In this document: piece by piece, positions 8,591 through 17,164 of the stretch
How positions within the stretch are numbered: the first letter of the stretch is position 1
Layout: each line of letters begins with the position of its first letter
Assembly: GCA_045636025.1 (NCBI GenBank)
Contig: JAZTWP010000051.1
Location: forward strand, 5,957-69,956
DNA length: 64,000 nucleotides
Direction: 5' to 3'
DNA from: Acutalibacteraceae bacterium
Lineage (GTDB): Bacteria; Bacillota; Clostridia; Oscillospirales; Acutalibacteraceae
Program-made: the position numbers and the translations under genes
The notes under the pieces: generated by a model
What the model was told of the DNA's origin: nothing
The model's database searches: none
The model's input: only the letters and a program-made list of their open reading frames with translations

Positions 8591-9721
8591 ATGAGTTCAA
8601 CTCCTGTAATTATTATCCCTGCCGCAGGGCAGTCAAAGTTGGTTTATGCTGATAAAAAATCAGGAAAAATCAGAAATGCTTGGCCCTTTGAACTGGATGA
8701 AAAAGCTCTTATGGATGAAATGAAAGGTTCTCTTATGAAGATGATGCTTTTCAGAACAGATGCAGGTTTTTCAGATAAGGTTGCAGGCATTGTTGACGAC
8801 ATTACTCAGCCTCTTTCTGTCAATGCAGACGGAACAAAAAAATATGATTTATCTGCCCTTCTTTCAGGCAGAAGCTATGCCGAATGTGACGAAGGTCAGA
8901 AGAATTTTATAAACAAAGTGTATCCCGTTTCTTCTCTTGCAGAAAAAATGGGTGCGGAAAACATTTTTTATTTCGATTATGATTTCCTTGGTGATATAAG
9001 TACCGTTGCGGCATCACTTGACGGACTCACCGAAGCTGTTGTTGCAAAAACCGGCTCAGAAAAAGTGAGTTTTATTGTTTACAGCACGGGTGGTGCGGTG
9101 CTTAAAGCTTATCTCAAGGATTATTCCGTAAAATCACGCATTGAAAAGGTTTTTTGTGTGGCTTGTGCTCTTGACGGTGCATCTGTTGTTGCAGATGTGT
9201 ATGAAAACAAGCTCAATCTCGAAAATCCTGCCGGGCTTCTTTCATCACTTGGCGGTAAGGCGGCATCACTCTCGTCAATAGCGGGTGTGCTCCCTGCAGA
9301 TGTTATCGGTAATGTTATCAGCAAGTCGATGAAGGTGCTCGATGCAAACATTTTGAACGGCTGTACATCTCTTTATGCTCTCATCCCCTCAGACAGAGCA
9401 GATGCGGTTATTGCTTCACGTGCAATGAATCCTCAGCTCAGAGAAAAAGTGACTGCAATGAATGAATATTCAAAGAGATTTGCAGACGAAGTGAAAAAAC
9501 TCATTGCAGACGGTGTGAGTTTCAGTTTTATTTGCGGAAACGGCAAAAAACTTCCCGAAGTCTTCGGCTCGGCAGGTGTTGATTGCGATGGTATTGTTGA
9601 TACTGCATCTGCATCTTTCGGCGGAGCGTTTGCGGAAAACACAGTTTATATTAACGAGGGCGATCATTTTTCAATAATGAAAAATGAAACAGTCCGTGAA
9701 TTTATAGAAAATAATATATAA
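8591..9721 (+). CDS. Hypothetical protein, possible alpha/beta-hydrolase (lipase/acyltransferase-like)
   Basis: 376-aa ORF with a GGAGG RBS. FIVYSTGGAV resembles a nucleophile elbow (x-S-x-G). There is no clear signal peptide. The functional assignment is weak. Confidence 0.4.
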   Translation: MSSTPVIIIPAAGQSKLVYADKKSGKIRNAWPFELDEKALMDEMKGSLMKMMLFRTDAGFSDKVAGIVDDITQPLSVNADGTKKYDLSALLSGRSYAECDEGQKNFINKVYPVSSLAEKMGAENIFYFDYDFLGDISTVAASLDGLTEAVVAKTGSEKVSFIVYSTGGAVLKAYLKDYSVKSRIEKVFCVACALDGASVVADVYENKLNLENPAGLLSSLGGKAASLSSIAGVLPADVIGNVISKSMKVLDANILNGCTSLYALIPSDRADAVIASRAMNPQLREKVTAMNEYSKRFADEVKKLIADGVSFSFICGNGKKLPEVFGSAGVDCDGIVDTASASFGGAFAENTVYINEGDHFSIMKNETVREFIENNI

Positions 9722-9739
9722 TTATTCGGAGGAAGTAAC

Positions 9740-10462
9740 ATGGCTGATATGGAATATGCCATAAAGGTGCGGAATTTAAGCAAGTCATACGTTAAAGGCC
9801 GCTCTGTGCTCAATGATATATCATTTGATATCCCCGCAGGCAGAATTGTAGGTCTTCTCGGCCCCAACGGCTGCGGCAAAACAACTTTGCTTAAAATTCT
9901 TTCAGGCTGTATTCACGATTATGACGGTACAATTGTAATAAACGGTAATCCCCCCGGAGTTGTTACAAAGTCAACAACTGCATTCCTGCCTGATACTACA
10001 TATCTTTCTGACTGGTTCAGAACAATTGATGCAATTGATTATTTTAACGATTTCTTCTATGATTTCGACAGAATAAAGGCTCTTGAGTTTGTGACACGTT
10101 TCGGTCTTGACCCTAAACAGAAAATCAAGACAATGTCAAAGGGTATGCAGGAAAAAGTTCAGCTTCTGCTTGTTATGTCAAGACAGGCTAAACTTTATCT
10201 GCTTGATGAACCCCTCGGTGGTGTTGACCCTGCTGCAAGAGAAAATATTCTTAATATGATTATGGCAAACTATGCCGAAAAATCAACTCTTCTTCTTTCT
10301 ACTCATATGGTAAATGACCTTGAGGCAACATTCAATCACGTAATGATTCTCGGTCACGGTCAGGTGCTTGTCAATACCTCTGTTGATAATGTGAGAAAAA
10401 GCGGAAAATCACTTGAAGAGGTATTTAAGGAGGTTATCGGTAATGACTGGGAAATTAATTAA
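9740..10462 (+). CDS. ABC transporter ATP-binding protein
   Basis: Walker A GPNGCGKTT, signature-like MSKGMQEK and Walker B LYLLDEP. A GGAGGA RBS lies 6 nt upstream. Confidence 0.9.
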   Translation: MADMEYAIKVRNLSKSYVKGRSVLNDISFDIPAGRIVGLLGPNGCGKTTLLKILSGCIHDYDGTIVINGNPPGVVTKSTTAFLPDTTYLSDWFRTIDAIDYFNDFFYDFDRIKALEFVTRFGLDPKQKIKTMSKGMQEKVQLLLVMSRQAKLYLLDEPLGGVDPAARENILNMIMANYAEKSTLLLSTHMVNDLEATFNHVMILGHGQVLVNTSVDNVRKSGKSLEEVFKEVIGNDWEIN

Positions 10463-11276
10463 ACACGACCTTAAAGCCGGTGCAAGAAGAATGGGTAATA
10501 TTTACCTTTCTGCATTCATTGCAAGTATTGCAATGCTTTTTTCTGCACTTATCGAAAGCGGAATTATTATGAAATTCCTGACTTCATCAGCTGTTGTTGT
10601 TATTGCGGCAGTTGCTGTTATTGTTACATTTGCATCAATCGTTTTCGGTGCAAACAAAAGTCTTTTCGGCAGAGAAGGCTATCTTACACAGACTTTGCCC
10701 GTAAGGACAAGCTCTCTCATTTTTGCAAAATGGTTTTCATCATCTGTTTGGCTTGTAATCAGCTATTCATTCTGCGTCGTTGCAATTTTTTCAATTTTTA
10801 TTTATTGGACAACAAAGAATCAGCAGGGTGCTGAATTCTATGATATGATTTATTCATTCCTGCAGAGTTTCGGAATCGGTGCTGAAACTGTTTATAAGAA
10901 ATACTTCATTGTTGTTGCTCTTATCGCATTGTTCAATACATGTATTCTTGTAATGTTCATTCTTTTTGCAATCACTCTGTCAAATATAAGACCTTTCCAC
11001 AAGCTCGGCAGCTTTGGTGTTATTCTTTATCTTGCTCTCACAATTTTTGTAATACAGGGTATTTCAAACGGTCTTGCAGAGCTTTGTGACGTTACAATGA
11101 TAATTGATGCAACGGGTGCCGTTTCGATGACTGTTTCAAAGGAAGCAATTGCTCTTGCGACAATGCAGGGCGGTATGACCGTAGGCTTTACGGGAGTATA
11201 TTTCAAGACAATTGCAACGATATTCCTTTACATTCTTACAGTACAGCTCACAGAGTCCAAAATCAATCTCAAGTAA
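10443..11276 (+). CDS. ABC-2 type transporter permease (multi-pass membrane protein)
   Basis: Trimmed to the ATG at 10443, which overlaps the end of the ATPase gene. About 6 hydrophobic segments are present. The position is typical of a permease partner. Confidence 0.6.
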   Translation: MTGKLIKHDLKAGARRMGNIYLSAFIASIAMLFSALIESGIIMKFLTSSAVVVIAAVAVIVTFASIVFGANKSLFGREGYLTQTLPVRTSSLIFAKWFSSSVWLVISYSFCVVAIFSIFIYWTTKNQQGAEFYDMIYSFLQSFGIGAETVYKKYFIVVALIALFNTCILVMFILFAITLSNIRPFHKLGSFGVILYLALTIFVIQGISNGLAELCDVTMIIDATGAVSMTVSKEAIALATMQGGMTVGFTGVYFKTIATIFLYILTVQLTESKINLK

Positions 11277-11287
11277 GGTTTTTGCGT

Positions 11288-11896
11288 ATGCAGATAATTG
11301 ATATTTCAAAAGATATTACTAAATGTGAACTTTATCCCGGTGACCCTGAGGTGAAACTTGAGGTTGCTGCAACAATTGCAGGTGGTGACAGCTGTAATCT
11401 TTCTGCAATTTACACGGGACTTCACAACGGCACTCACGCTGATGCTCCGCTTCACTTTATTGAGGGCGGCGAGTCAATTGAAAAGGCAGACCTTGATGTT
11501 TTTATCGGTGAATGCCACGTTATTGAAGTGCCCGAAGGTCCCATAACCGGGGAGTATGTTGATGATTACTTCCCCCAAGGCGCAAAAAGAGTGCTTATAA
11601 AAGGCAAAGGCAAAGCCTGGTTTATGCAGAGCGGTGCTGAGGAAGTTGCTTACAACGGAATCAGACTCATAGGCACGGATTCAATGTCTGTCGGTGTGCA
11701 CGGTGACCAGGTAGGACCTCACGTTGCACTTCTCAGAGAAAATGTTGCCGTGCTGGAAAATCTTGACCTTGAAAATGTCAAGCCGGGCAAGTATTTTCTT
11801 CTTGCTCAGCCCCTTAAAATAGGCGGTGCGGAAGCAGCACCAGTCAGAGCAGTACTTCTTGCTGACTTTATATTCTGGAGCGGAAGCAAGGCGTAA
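11288..11896 (+). CDS. Cyclase family protein (arylformamidase / kynurenine formamidase-like)
   Basis: The ORF caller began at the TTG at 11282. The ATG at 11288 gives MQIIDIS. The GTHADAPLHF motif is typical of the putative cyclase family (PF04199). Confidence 0.75.
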   Translation: MQIIDISKDITKCELYPGDPEVKLEVAATIAGGDSCNLSAIYTGLHNGTHADAPLHFIEGGESIEKADLDVFIGECHVIEVPEGPITGEYVDDYFPQGAKRVLIKGKGKAWFMQSGAEEVAYNGIRLIGTDSMSVGVHGDQVGPHVALLRENVAVLENLDLENVKPGKYFLLAQPLKIGGAEAAPVRAVLLADFIFWSGSKA

Positions 11897-11900
11897 ATAG

Positions 11901-12098
11901 GAATTCTTAATTCGTAATGCATAATTTGTAATTATTGAAAAAGGCATCACCTTTTGAAGCAATTATAAAAAAACAGTAGTAGGGGCGATGATTCATCGCC
12001 CGGCACGAATGTGCATTTTCCGTAAGGGGAATTAACGGCAAAGCCGTTCTGCTACTCGCTATCAATTGGTGTCTGCTCAATTATGCATTAAAATTTTC
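11901..12098. repeat. Intergenic composite element: TAATGCATAATT arms plus a GTAG...CTAC hairpin pair
   Basis: The arms are taatgcataatt (left) and aattatgcatta (right). GTAGGGGCGATGA-tt-TCATCGCCC lies at 11979-12001. The inverted unit aacggc-aaa-gccgttctgCTAC lies at 12034-12055. Confidence 0.7.
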
Positions 12099-12118
12099 AA
12101 TATGAAAGGAAAATTGAT

Positions 12119-12571
12119 ATGAAACGAATCGCAAGTTTTGAGGTTGACCATACAGACCTTCAGAAAGGTATGTACACATCACGTGTAGACGGTGATGTTG
12201 TTACTTATGATATCAGAACAAGACGTCCCAACGTGGAAGAAGTTATGGATAATGCATCTATTCACACAGTTGAGCACCTTTTTGCAACATTTGTAAGAAA
12301 TTCTCCTCTTGCTGACAAAATCATCTACTTCGGGCCTATGGGTTGCCGTACAGGTTTCTATTTCCTTGTGCGTGATATGAGTCAGGAAGATGCAATCAGA
12401 CTCACTCAGGAGGCTTTTGCGTTTATCGCAGCTTATGAGGGTGAAATTCCCGGTGTGTCTGCTGCAGAATGCGGTAACTACCGTGATCATTCTCTTGAAG
12501 GCGCAATTGCAGAGGCAAAAATGTTCCTTCCTGTAATTGAAAAAGTTACAACCGAGAGTCTTGTATATTAA
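12119..12571 (+). CDS. luxS: S-ribosylhomocysteine lyase
   Basis: 150-aa ORF. It carries the metal-binding motif HTVEHL and the GPMGCRTGFY motif. Confidence 0.92.
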   Translation: MKRIASFEVDHTDLQKGMYTSRVDGDVVTYDIRTRRPNVEEVMDNASIHTVEHLFATFVRNSPLADKIIYFGPMGCRTGFYFLVRDMSQEDAIRLTQEAFAFIAAYEGEIPGVSAAECGNYRDHSLEGAIAEAKMFLPVIEKVTTESLVY

Positions 12572-12870
12572 GTTTTGTTTGTTCAAAATGCATAAAAAAC
12601 AGGTTTGTTTTTTAGTATAAAAAAACAGAAAGTATGTTCACCACAATATATTGTATCAAAAAATAAAATTTATGCTGTATGTTGTTGACTTGTTGAAAAA
12701 TTGTGGCATTTTCAACAAAAATAAAGATACGGTAAATATTTTATTAAAATAGGCTTTAATTTTTGTGTGTTTGGTGGTATAATAACTCTGTTAAAAAGCG
12801 TTTTCCTGCAGTTCAGAGCGCAGTTTTCTGCGTGACTGACATGATTAATATATTAAGGAAGTAACCCGTT

Positions 12871-14169
12871 ATGGAAAAATATGTAATTAACGGCGGTAAA
12901 AGACTTCACGGTGAAATTGACATAAGCGGTGCTAAAAATGCAGCCGTTGCAATTATTCCTGCAACACTCCTTGCTCAGGATGTGTGCAGAATAGAAAACA
13001 TTCCTGATATCAGAGATGTTCAGGTAATGGTCAAAATTCTCATCGAGATGGGTGCAACCGTCCGCTATATTAATTCTAATACCATAGAGATTGATACAAG
13101 ATACATCAGCTCTCATATCATTCCTTATGAGATGACAAAGTATTCAAGATCATCTTACTATCTTCTCGGTGCTCTTCTCGGCAGATGCTCCCACGCAAAG
13201 GTTGCAATGCCCGGCGGATGCAACTTCGGTGGTGTAAGACCCATTGACTTCCACCTCAAGGGCTTTGCAAAGCTCGGTGCAAAAATCACAAACGACAACG
13301 GTATGATTGATGCCCAGGCTCAGGAGCTTAAAGGTAACACAATTTATTTTGACAAAGTTTCTGTCGGTGCAACAGTAAACATTATGCTTGCAGCAGTTAA
13401 GGCAAGAGGTCTCACAATTATTGAAAATCCTGCAAAGGAGCCTCATATTGTTGACCTTGCAAACTTCCTTAACCTTATGGGTGCAAATGTTACGGGCGCA
13501 GGTACAGATGTTATAAAAATCAAGGGTGTTGAAAAGCTTCACGGCTGTTCATACTCAATTATTCCCGACCAGATTGAGGCAGGCACATTTATGGTTGCTG
13601 CTGCAGCTGCAAAGGGTAACGTTCTTCTAAAAAATGTTATTCCCAAGCATCTTGAATCAATCACTGCAAAGCTTCGTGAATGCGGAGTCACAGTTGAAGA
13701 AGGTGATGATTCAGTAAGAATCATCAGCGAGTCAAGAGCAGGCACATGCAAGGTTACTGCAATGCCTCATCCCGGTTTCCCCACAGATATGCAGCCTCAG
13801 ATGACAACATTCCTTGCTCTCTCAGACGGTGCAAGCCTTGTTACAGACGGTGTGTGGGACAATCGTTTCAGATATGTTGATCAGCTCAGCAAAATGGGTG
13901 CAAACATTCAGGTTGAAGGCAAGGCGGCTTTCATATCAGGTGTGGAAAAGCTTCACGGTGCTCCTGTTAAGGCAGATGACCTTCGTGCAGGTGCAGCAAT
14001 GCTTATTGCTGGTATGTGTGCAGAGGGTACAACATACATTGAAGAGATTTATCATATCGAAAGAGGATATGAAAACATTGTTGATAAGCTCCGCAGTATC
14101 GGTGTTGATATCACAAAGGTTGATTTCCCTGAAGATAATGTAAAAGTTGTAACAAATAACGCAGGTTAA
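12871..14169 (+). CDS. murA: UDP-N-acetylglucosamine 1-carboxyvinyltransferase
   Basis: 432-aa ORF. The N-terminus INGGKRLHGEIDISGAKNA, the CNFGGVRPID active-site loop and the overall EPSP-synthase-like pattern all fit MurA. Confidence 0.92.
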   Translation: MEKYVINGGKRLHGEIDISGAKNAAVAIIPATLLAQDVCRIENIPDIRDVQVMVKILIEMGATVRYINSNTIEIDTRYISSHIIPYEMTKYSRSSYYLLGALLGRCSHAKVAMPGGCNFGGVRPIDFHLKGFAKLGAKITNDNGMIDAQAQELKGNTIYFDKVSVGATVNIMLAAVKARGLTIIENPAKEPHIVDLANFLNLMGANVTGAGTDVIKIKGVEKLHGCSYSIIPDQIEAGTFMVAAAAAKGNVLLKNVIPKHLESITAKLRECGVTVEEGDDSVRIISESRAGTCKVTAMPHPGFPTDMQPQMTTFLALSDGASLVTDGVWDNRFRYVDQLSKMGANIQVEGKAAFISGVEKLHGAPVKADDLRAGAAMLIAGMCAEGTTYIEEIYHIERGYENIVDKLRSIGVDITKVDFPEDNVKVVTNNAG

Positions 14170-14173
14170 AATT

Positions 14174-14199
14174 AAGGACGCCGATGGCGTCCTTTTTTG
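14174..14199 (+). terminator. Intrinsic terminator after murA
   Basis: Stem aaggacgcc / ggcgtcctt with a gat loop, followed by tttttt. Confidence 0.7.
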
Positions 14200-14213
14200 G
14201 TAAGGAGATTAAG

Positions 14214-15005
14214 ATGGCAAGATTTTGTACTTTGTGTTCATCAAGCAGCGGTAACAGTACATATATCGGCACGGGTGCAGGCGGAATACTTGTTGATGCA
14301 GGTACAAACGCAAAGCGCCTGATAATGGCTATGCAGAATGTGAATGTTGCTCCCGAAAGCATAAAGGCAATTTTTGTTACCCACGAGCACAATGACCACA
14401 TCGGTGCGCTCCGTGTGTTTGCAAACAAATACAAAGTGCCCGTTCTTGCTACAAAGGGCACACTTTCAGCTCTTGAAAAAGCAGGGCATCTGAAAGGTGA
14501 TTTTGAAGCAATCGTAATTCCTGAAAACGGTTTTGAAGTCTACGGTATGGAAGTAAAGAGTGTCAGAACATCACACGACAGCGCAGAGAGTTGCGGTTAC
14601 ACCGTAACAATGCCCGATGAAAGACGAATTTCCGTAATCACGGATACGGGTGTTATCACAAGGGATATTGTTGATAAGGTCACGGGCAGTGATCTGATTC
14701 TTCTTGAGTCCAATCATGATAAACTTATGCTTGATATCGGTCCTTATCCCTATTATCTCAAAAAGAGAATTCTTTCAAGCGAGGGGCATCTTTCAAATGA
14801 TGACTGCGCGAAGGCAGCTTGTCATTTTATAAACACGGGCACAACAAGACTTGTGCTGGGCCATCTCAGCCGTGAAAACAATACACCCTTCAGAGCTTTT
14901 GAAAAAACAAATGAGGCACTCGGTGAAATGGGTGCCGTTAAGGGAATCGATTATGATTTGCAGGTGGCACCTCCCGGTGTCGGAGAAAGAATGGTGATTT
15001 TCTGA
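14214..15005 (+). CDS. MBL-fold metallo-hydrolase (YycJ/WalJ-like)
   Basis: Trimmed to the ATG at 14214, after an AAGGAG RBS. The extension offered by the ORF caller runs through the murA terminator. The HEHNDH metal motif is present. Confidence 0.8.
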   Translation: MARFCTLCSSSSGNSTYIGTGAGGILVDAGTNAKRLIMAMQNVNVAPESIKAIFVTHEHNDHIGALRVFANKYKVPVLATKGTLSALEKAGHLKGDFEAIVIPENGFEVYGMEVKSVRTSHDSAESCGYTVTMPDERRISVITDTGVITRDIVDKVTGSDLILLESNHDKLMLDIGPYPYYLKKRILSSEGHLSNDDCAKAACHFINTGTTRLVLGHLSRENNTPFRAFEKTNEALGEMGAVKGIDYDLQVAPPGVGERMVIF

Positions 15006-15487
15006 TGCAGAGTGTTAAAATAATTTGTGTGGGCAAGCTTAAGGATGCGTTTTTCAGAGATGCATCTGATGAATATATGAAGCGTCTCAAGGCTTTCTGC
15101 AAGGCGGAGATAATTGAAATTCCTGCTGCAAATCTGCCCGATGACCCGAATGATTCACAGGTTGCATCTGCGCTTGAAAAGGAGTCTGAGGCAATACTCA
15201 AAAAGATTCCGTCTGGCGCAATGGTTGTTGCAATGTGCGTTGAGGGCAAACTTTTCTCATCTGAAGATATGGCAAAATGCATTGCGGATGCGTCAATGAG
15301 AGGCAACGGAGATATTGTGTTCATTATCGGCGGGTCATACGGTCTGTCTGACAAAGTCAAGGCAAAGGCAGATATCAGAATGTCAGCGTCAAAAATGACT
15401 TTCCCCCACAGACTTTTCCGCGTTATGCTCCTTGAACAGATTTACAGAGGATATAAAATCAATCAGGGTTCAAAGTATCATAAATAA
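15005..15487 (+). CDS. rlmH: 23S rRNA (pseudouridine1915-N3)-methyltransferase
   Basis: 160-aa SPOUT protein with IIGGSYGL and the C-terminal RVMLLEQIYR motif. Its start overlaps the upstream stop (TGATG). Confidence 0.9.
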   Translation: MQSVKIICVGKLKDAFFRDASDEYMKRLKAFCKAEIIEIPAANLPDDPNDSQVASALEKESEAILKKIPSGAMVVAMCVEGKLFSSEDMAKCIADASMRGNGDIVFIIGGSYGLSDKVKAKADIRMSASKMTFPHRLFRVMLLEQIYRGYKINQGSKYHK

Positions 15488-15490
15488 CAC

Positions 15491-15521
15491 AAAGCACAGA
15501 TTTTCTGTGCTTTATTTTTTT
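15491..15521 (+). terminator. Intrinsic terminator after rlmH
   Basis: Stem aagcacaga / tctgtgctt, followed by a T-run. Confidence 0.75.
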
Positions 15522-15680
15522 GCGAATCGGAAATTGTCGGGGTATTTGCACAAATTGAATTTGATTGTGTAGGGACCGATCCCCTGATCGGTCCGCTCCG
15601 GGCTGACATCAGACTTTGCGGAGCGATGTCGGTCTGCTCCCTACAGGATATTAATTAGTCTGTGCAACAAATTATTGTTT
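15522..15680. repeat. Intergenic composite element with a GTAGGG...CCCTAC bounded hairpin pair
   Basis: GTAGGGACCGATC-ccct-GATCGGTCC lies at 15569-15594. The inverted unit ggagc...gctccCTAC lies at 15620-15644. The flanks contain tgcacaaattg and tgtgcaacaaattattg. Confidence 0.7.
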
Positions 15681-15688
15681 GCCATAAA

Positions 15689-15716
15689 AAAAGTGCCGGA
15701 TGTTATCCGACACTTT
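15689..15716 (-). terminator. Intrinsic terminator for the DUF3592-like gene
   Basis: The hairpin is gtgccgga / tccgacac (one mismatch). On the minus strand it is followed by a T-run (the plus-strand aaaaaaa at 15686-15692). Confidence 0.6.
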
Positions 15717-15723
15717 TGGTGTT

Positions 15724-16167
15724 TTATAAGAAACAAACTTCAGCAATCATAATTGCCGATGATGACAAAATAAAGTATGCCAGACACCACACAGTTGCGA
15801 TGAAAAAGTTTTTTATAAACGGTGTGTTGCCTTCTGCAAATGCTTTCTGCGGTTTACCTTTTGGATAGCATACTGTGATTTCATCGGGAAGATAACCGTG
15901 GTCTCTGTCTGATGAATATTCCATTTTGTATTCTTTGCCGTCAACACTGAAAATGTACACACCGGTCTTTTTGTAGCCGTAGGTTGTGTACGATATACCT
16001 GCACGAGCATGTTGCCACATACTGTCGTAGTTTGTTTCAGTGCGTTTTGCTTTTGTGTATTCAAGGTTTGCTTTTTTGTAACCGAAAATACCAATGAATT
16101 TTTTAATGCCGATGATAAGAATGGGTGAAAATACTGCAAACGGAAGAATGTAAATGAGTATTTCCAT
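15724..16167 (-). CDS. Small membrane protein (DUF3592-like)
   Basis: 147 aa with N- and C-terminal hydrophobic helices flanking a soluble beta-rich core. The family call is tentative. Confidence 0.5.
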   Translation of the reverse strand: MEILIYILPFAVFSPILIIGIKKFIGIFGYKKANLEYTKAKRTETNYDSMWQHARAGISYTTYGYKKTGVYIFSVDGKEYKMEYSSDRDHGYLPDEITVCYPKGKPQKAFAEGNTPFIKNFFIATVWCLAYFILSSSAIMIAEVCFL

Positions 16168-16180
16168 AATATCGTCTCCT

Positions 16181-17143
16181 TTATTTAATCAGAAGAAGGA
16201 ATACAAGTGAAATAACTGTCTGAACAATGTGGAATCTGAAAATTGTCTGTGTGTTTGACCAGCCTTTGTTCTTTCTGAAATGGTCGTGAAGGGGTGTTCT
16301 GATATTCTTCATTATGCTGATTTTAAGGAATCTCTTGAGTGAAACCTTTGCAATGCCGAGAAGTCCGTCAAGGAGAATGAGAAGACAAAGGGGAATTGCA
16401 AGAACGATGTTTCCTGTTTCAAGAAGTGCAAGTCCTAAGAAAACGCCGATAGCTCTTGAGCCTGCGTCACCCATCATCATTGTGCTGGGCTCTGCGTTGT
16501 ACCAGAGATAGGGCACGATGCAGAAAATCATTGCAATGATAAGTGATGAGAATTCCTTTTCCATACCGCCTGCAAGACCGATGACGGCAATAAAAATAAG
16601 TGAATTTATTGAAAGTGTACCGCAGAAACCGTCAATACCGTCTGAGCAGTTTGTTGCATTTATCATCATCCAGAGGAATACTGTTGAAATGCCTGCAAAG
16701 AGGTATTTGTTCACTGCAAAATCAAAGAAGAAAAAGTCAAGCTTTACAAGGTCGGGGTTGAAGTAAACAAATGCAACTGATGCGCCTACGCAGATGATAA
16801 GGTCAATAAGACCTTTTTTGTATTCGCTCCAGGGTTTGTCTGACTTGTCGTCAAAATAGCCTGAGAGCATACTTGCAAGAACAATTACATAGTAAATTAT
16901 GTATTCGACTGTGATGGGTGCAAAAATAAGACCTGCAAGCACAAAAACTGCAGTGAAGACTATACCTGCACCTCTTGCTTTGCCCTCTGAAAGTTTGCCG
17001 TTGAATGCAAACTCTCTGCCGCCGTCTTTGGGAAGCTTGTTTTTGAAAACCTTGAGCAGTACAAGTACTGCAACGAATGAGAAAAGTATCATTCCCGCAA
17101 TGAGGAACTTGTTGTCAAAGGGGATGTTGAGAAGTGGTAACAT
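16181..17143 (-). CDS. Glycosyltransferase family 4 polyprenyl-phosphate sugar-phosphate transferase (MraY/WecA-like)
   Basis: 320-aa polytopic membrane protein. NATNCSDGIDGFCG matches the N-x-x-N-x-x-DG-x-DG-L loop of the MraY/WecA superfamily. It is not located in a dcw cluster. Confidence 0.65.
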   Translation of the reverse strand: MLPLLNIPFDNKFLIAGMILFSFVAVLVLLKVFKNKLPKDGGREFAFNGKLSEGKARGAGIVFTAVFVLAGLIFAPITVEYIIYYVIVLASMLSGYFDDKSDKPWSEYKKGLIDLIICVGASVAFVYFNPDLVKLDFFFFDFAVNKYLFAGISTVFLWMMINATNCSDGIDGFCGTLSINSLIFIAVIGLAGGMEKEFSSLIIAMIFCIVPYLWYNAEPSTMMMGDAGSRAIGVFLGLALLETGNIVLAIPLCLLILLDGLLGIAKVSLKRFLKISIMKNIRTPLHDHFRKNKGWSNTQTIFRFHIVQTVISLVFLLLIK

Positions 17144-17164
17144 AGAAACACTCGCTTTCTTTAA

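Noticed and set aside
12572-12870. 300-bp luxS-murA spacer with a 10-bp-stem hairpin (ttgttgaaaa...ttttcaacaa) and a leader hairpin, considered as a riboswitch or sRNA
   Set aside because: I could match no conserved riboswitch core. The hairpins are AT-rich and compatible with a weak terminator plus a promoter (TGGTATAAT at about 12774-12782). There is not enough evidence for a feature call.
15662-15868. 68-aa plus-strand ORF overlapping the end of the DUF3592-like gene
   Set aside because: It starts inside the repeat element, crosses the minus-strand terminator hairpin and overlaps a better-supported membrane-protein gene.
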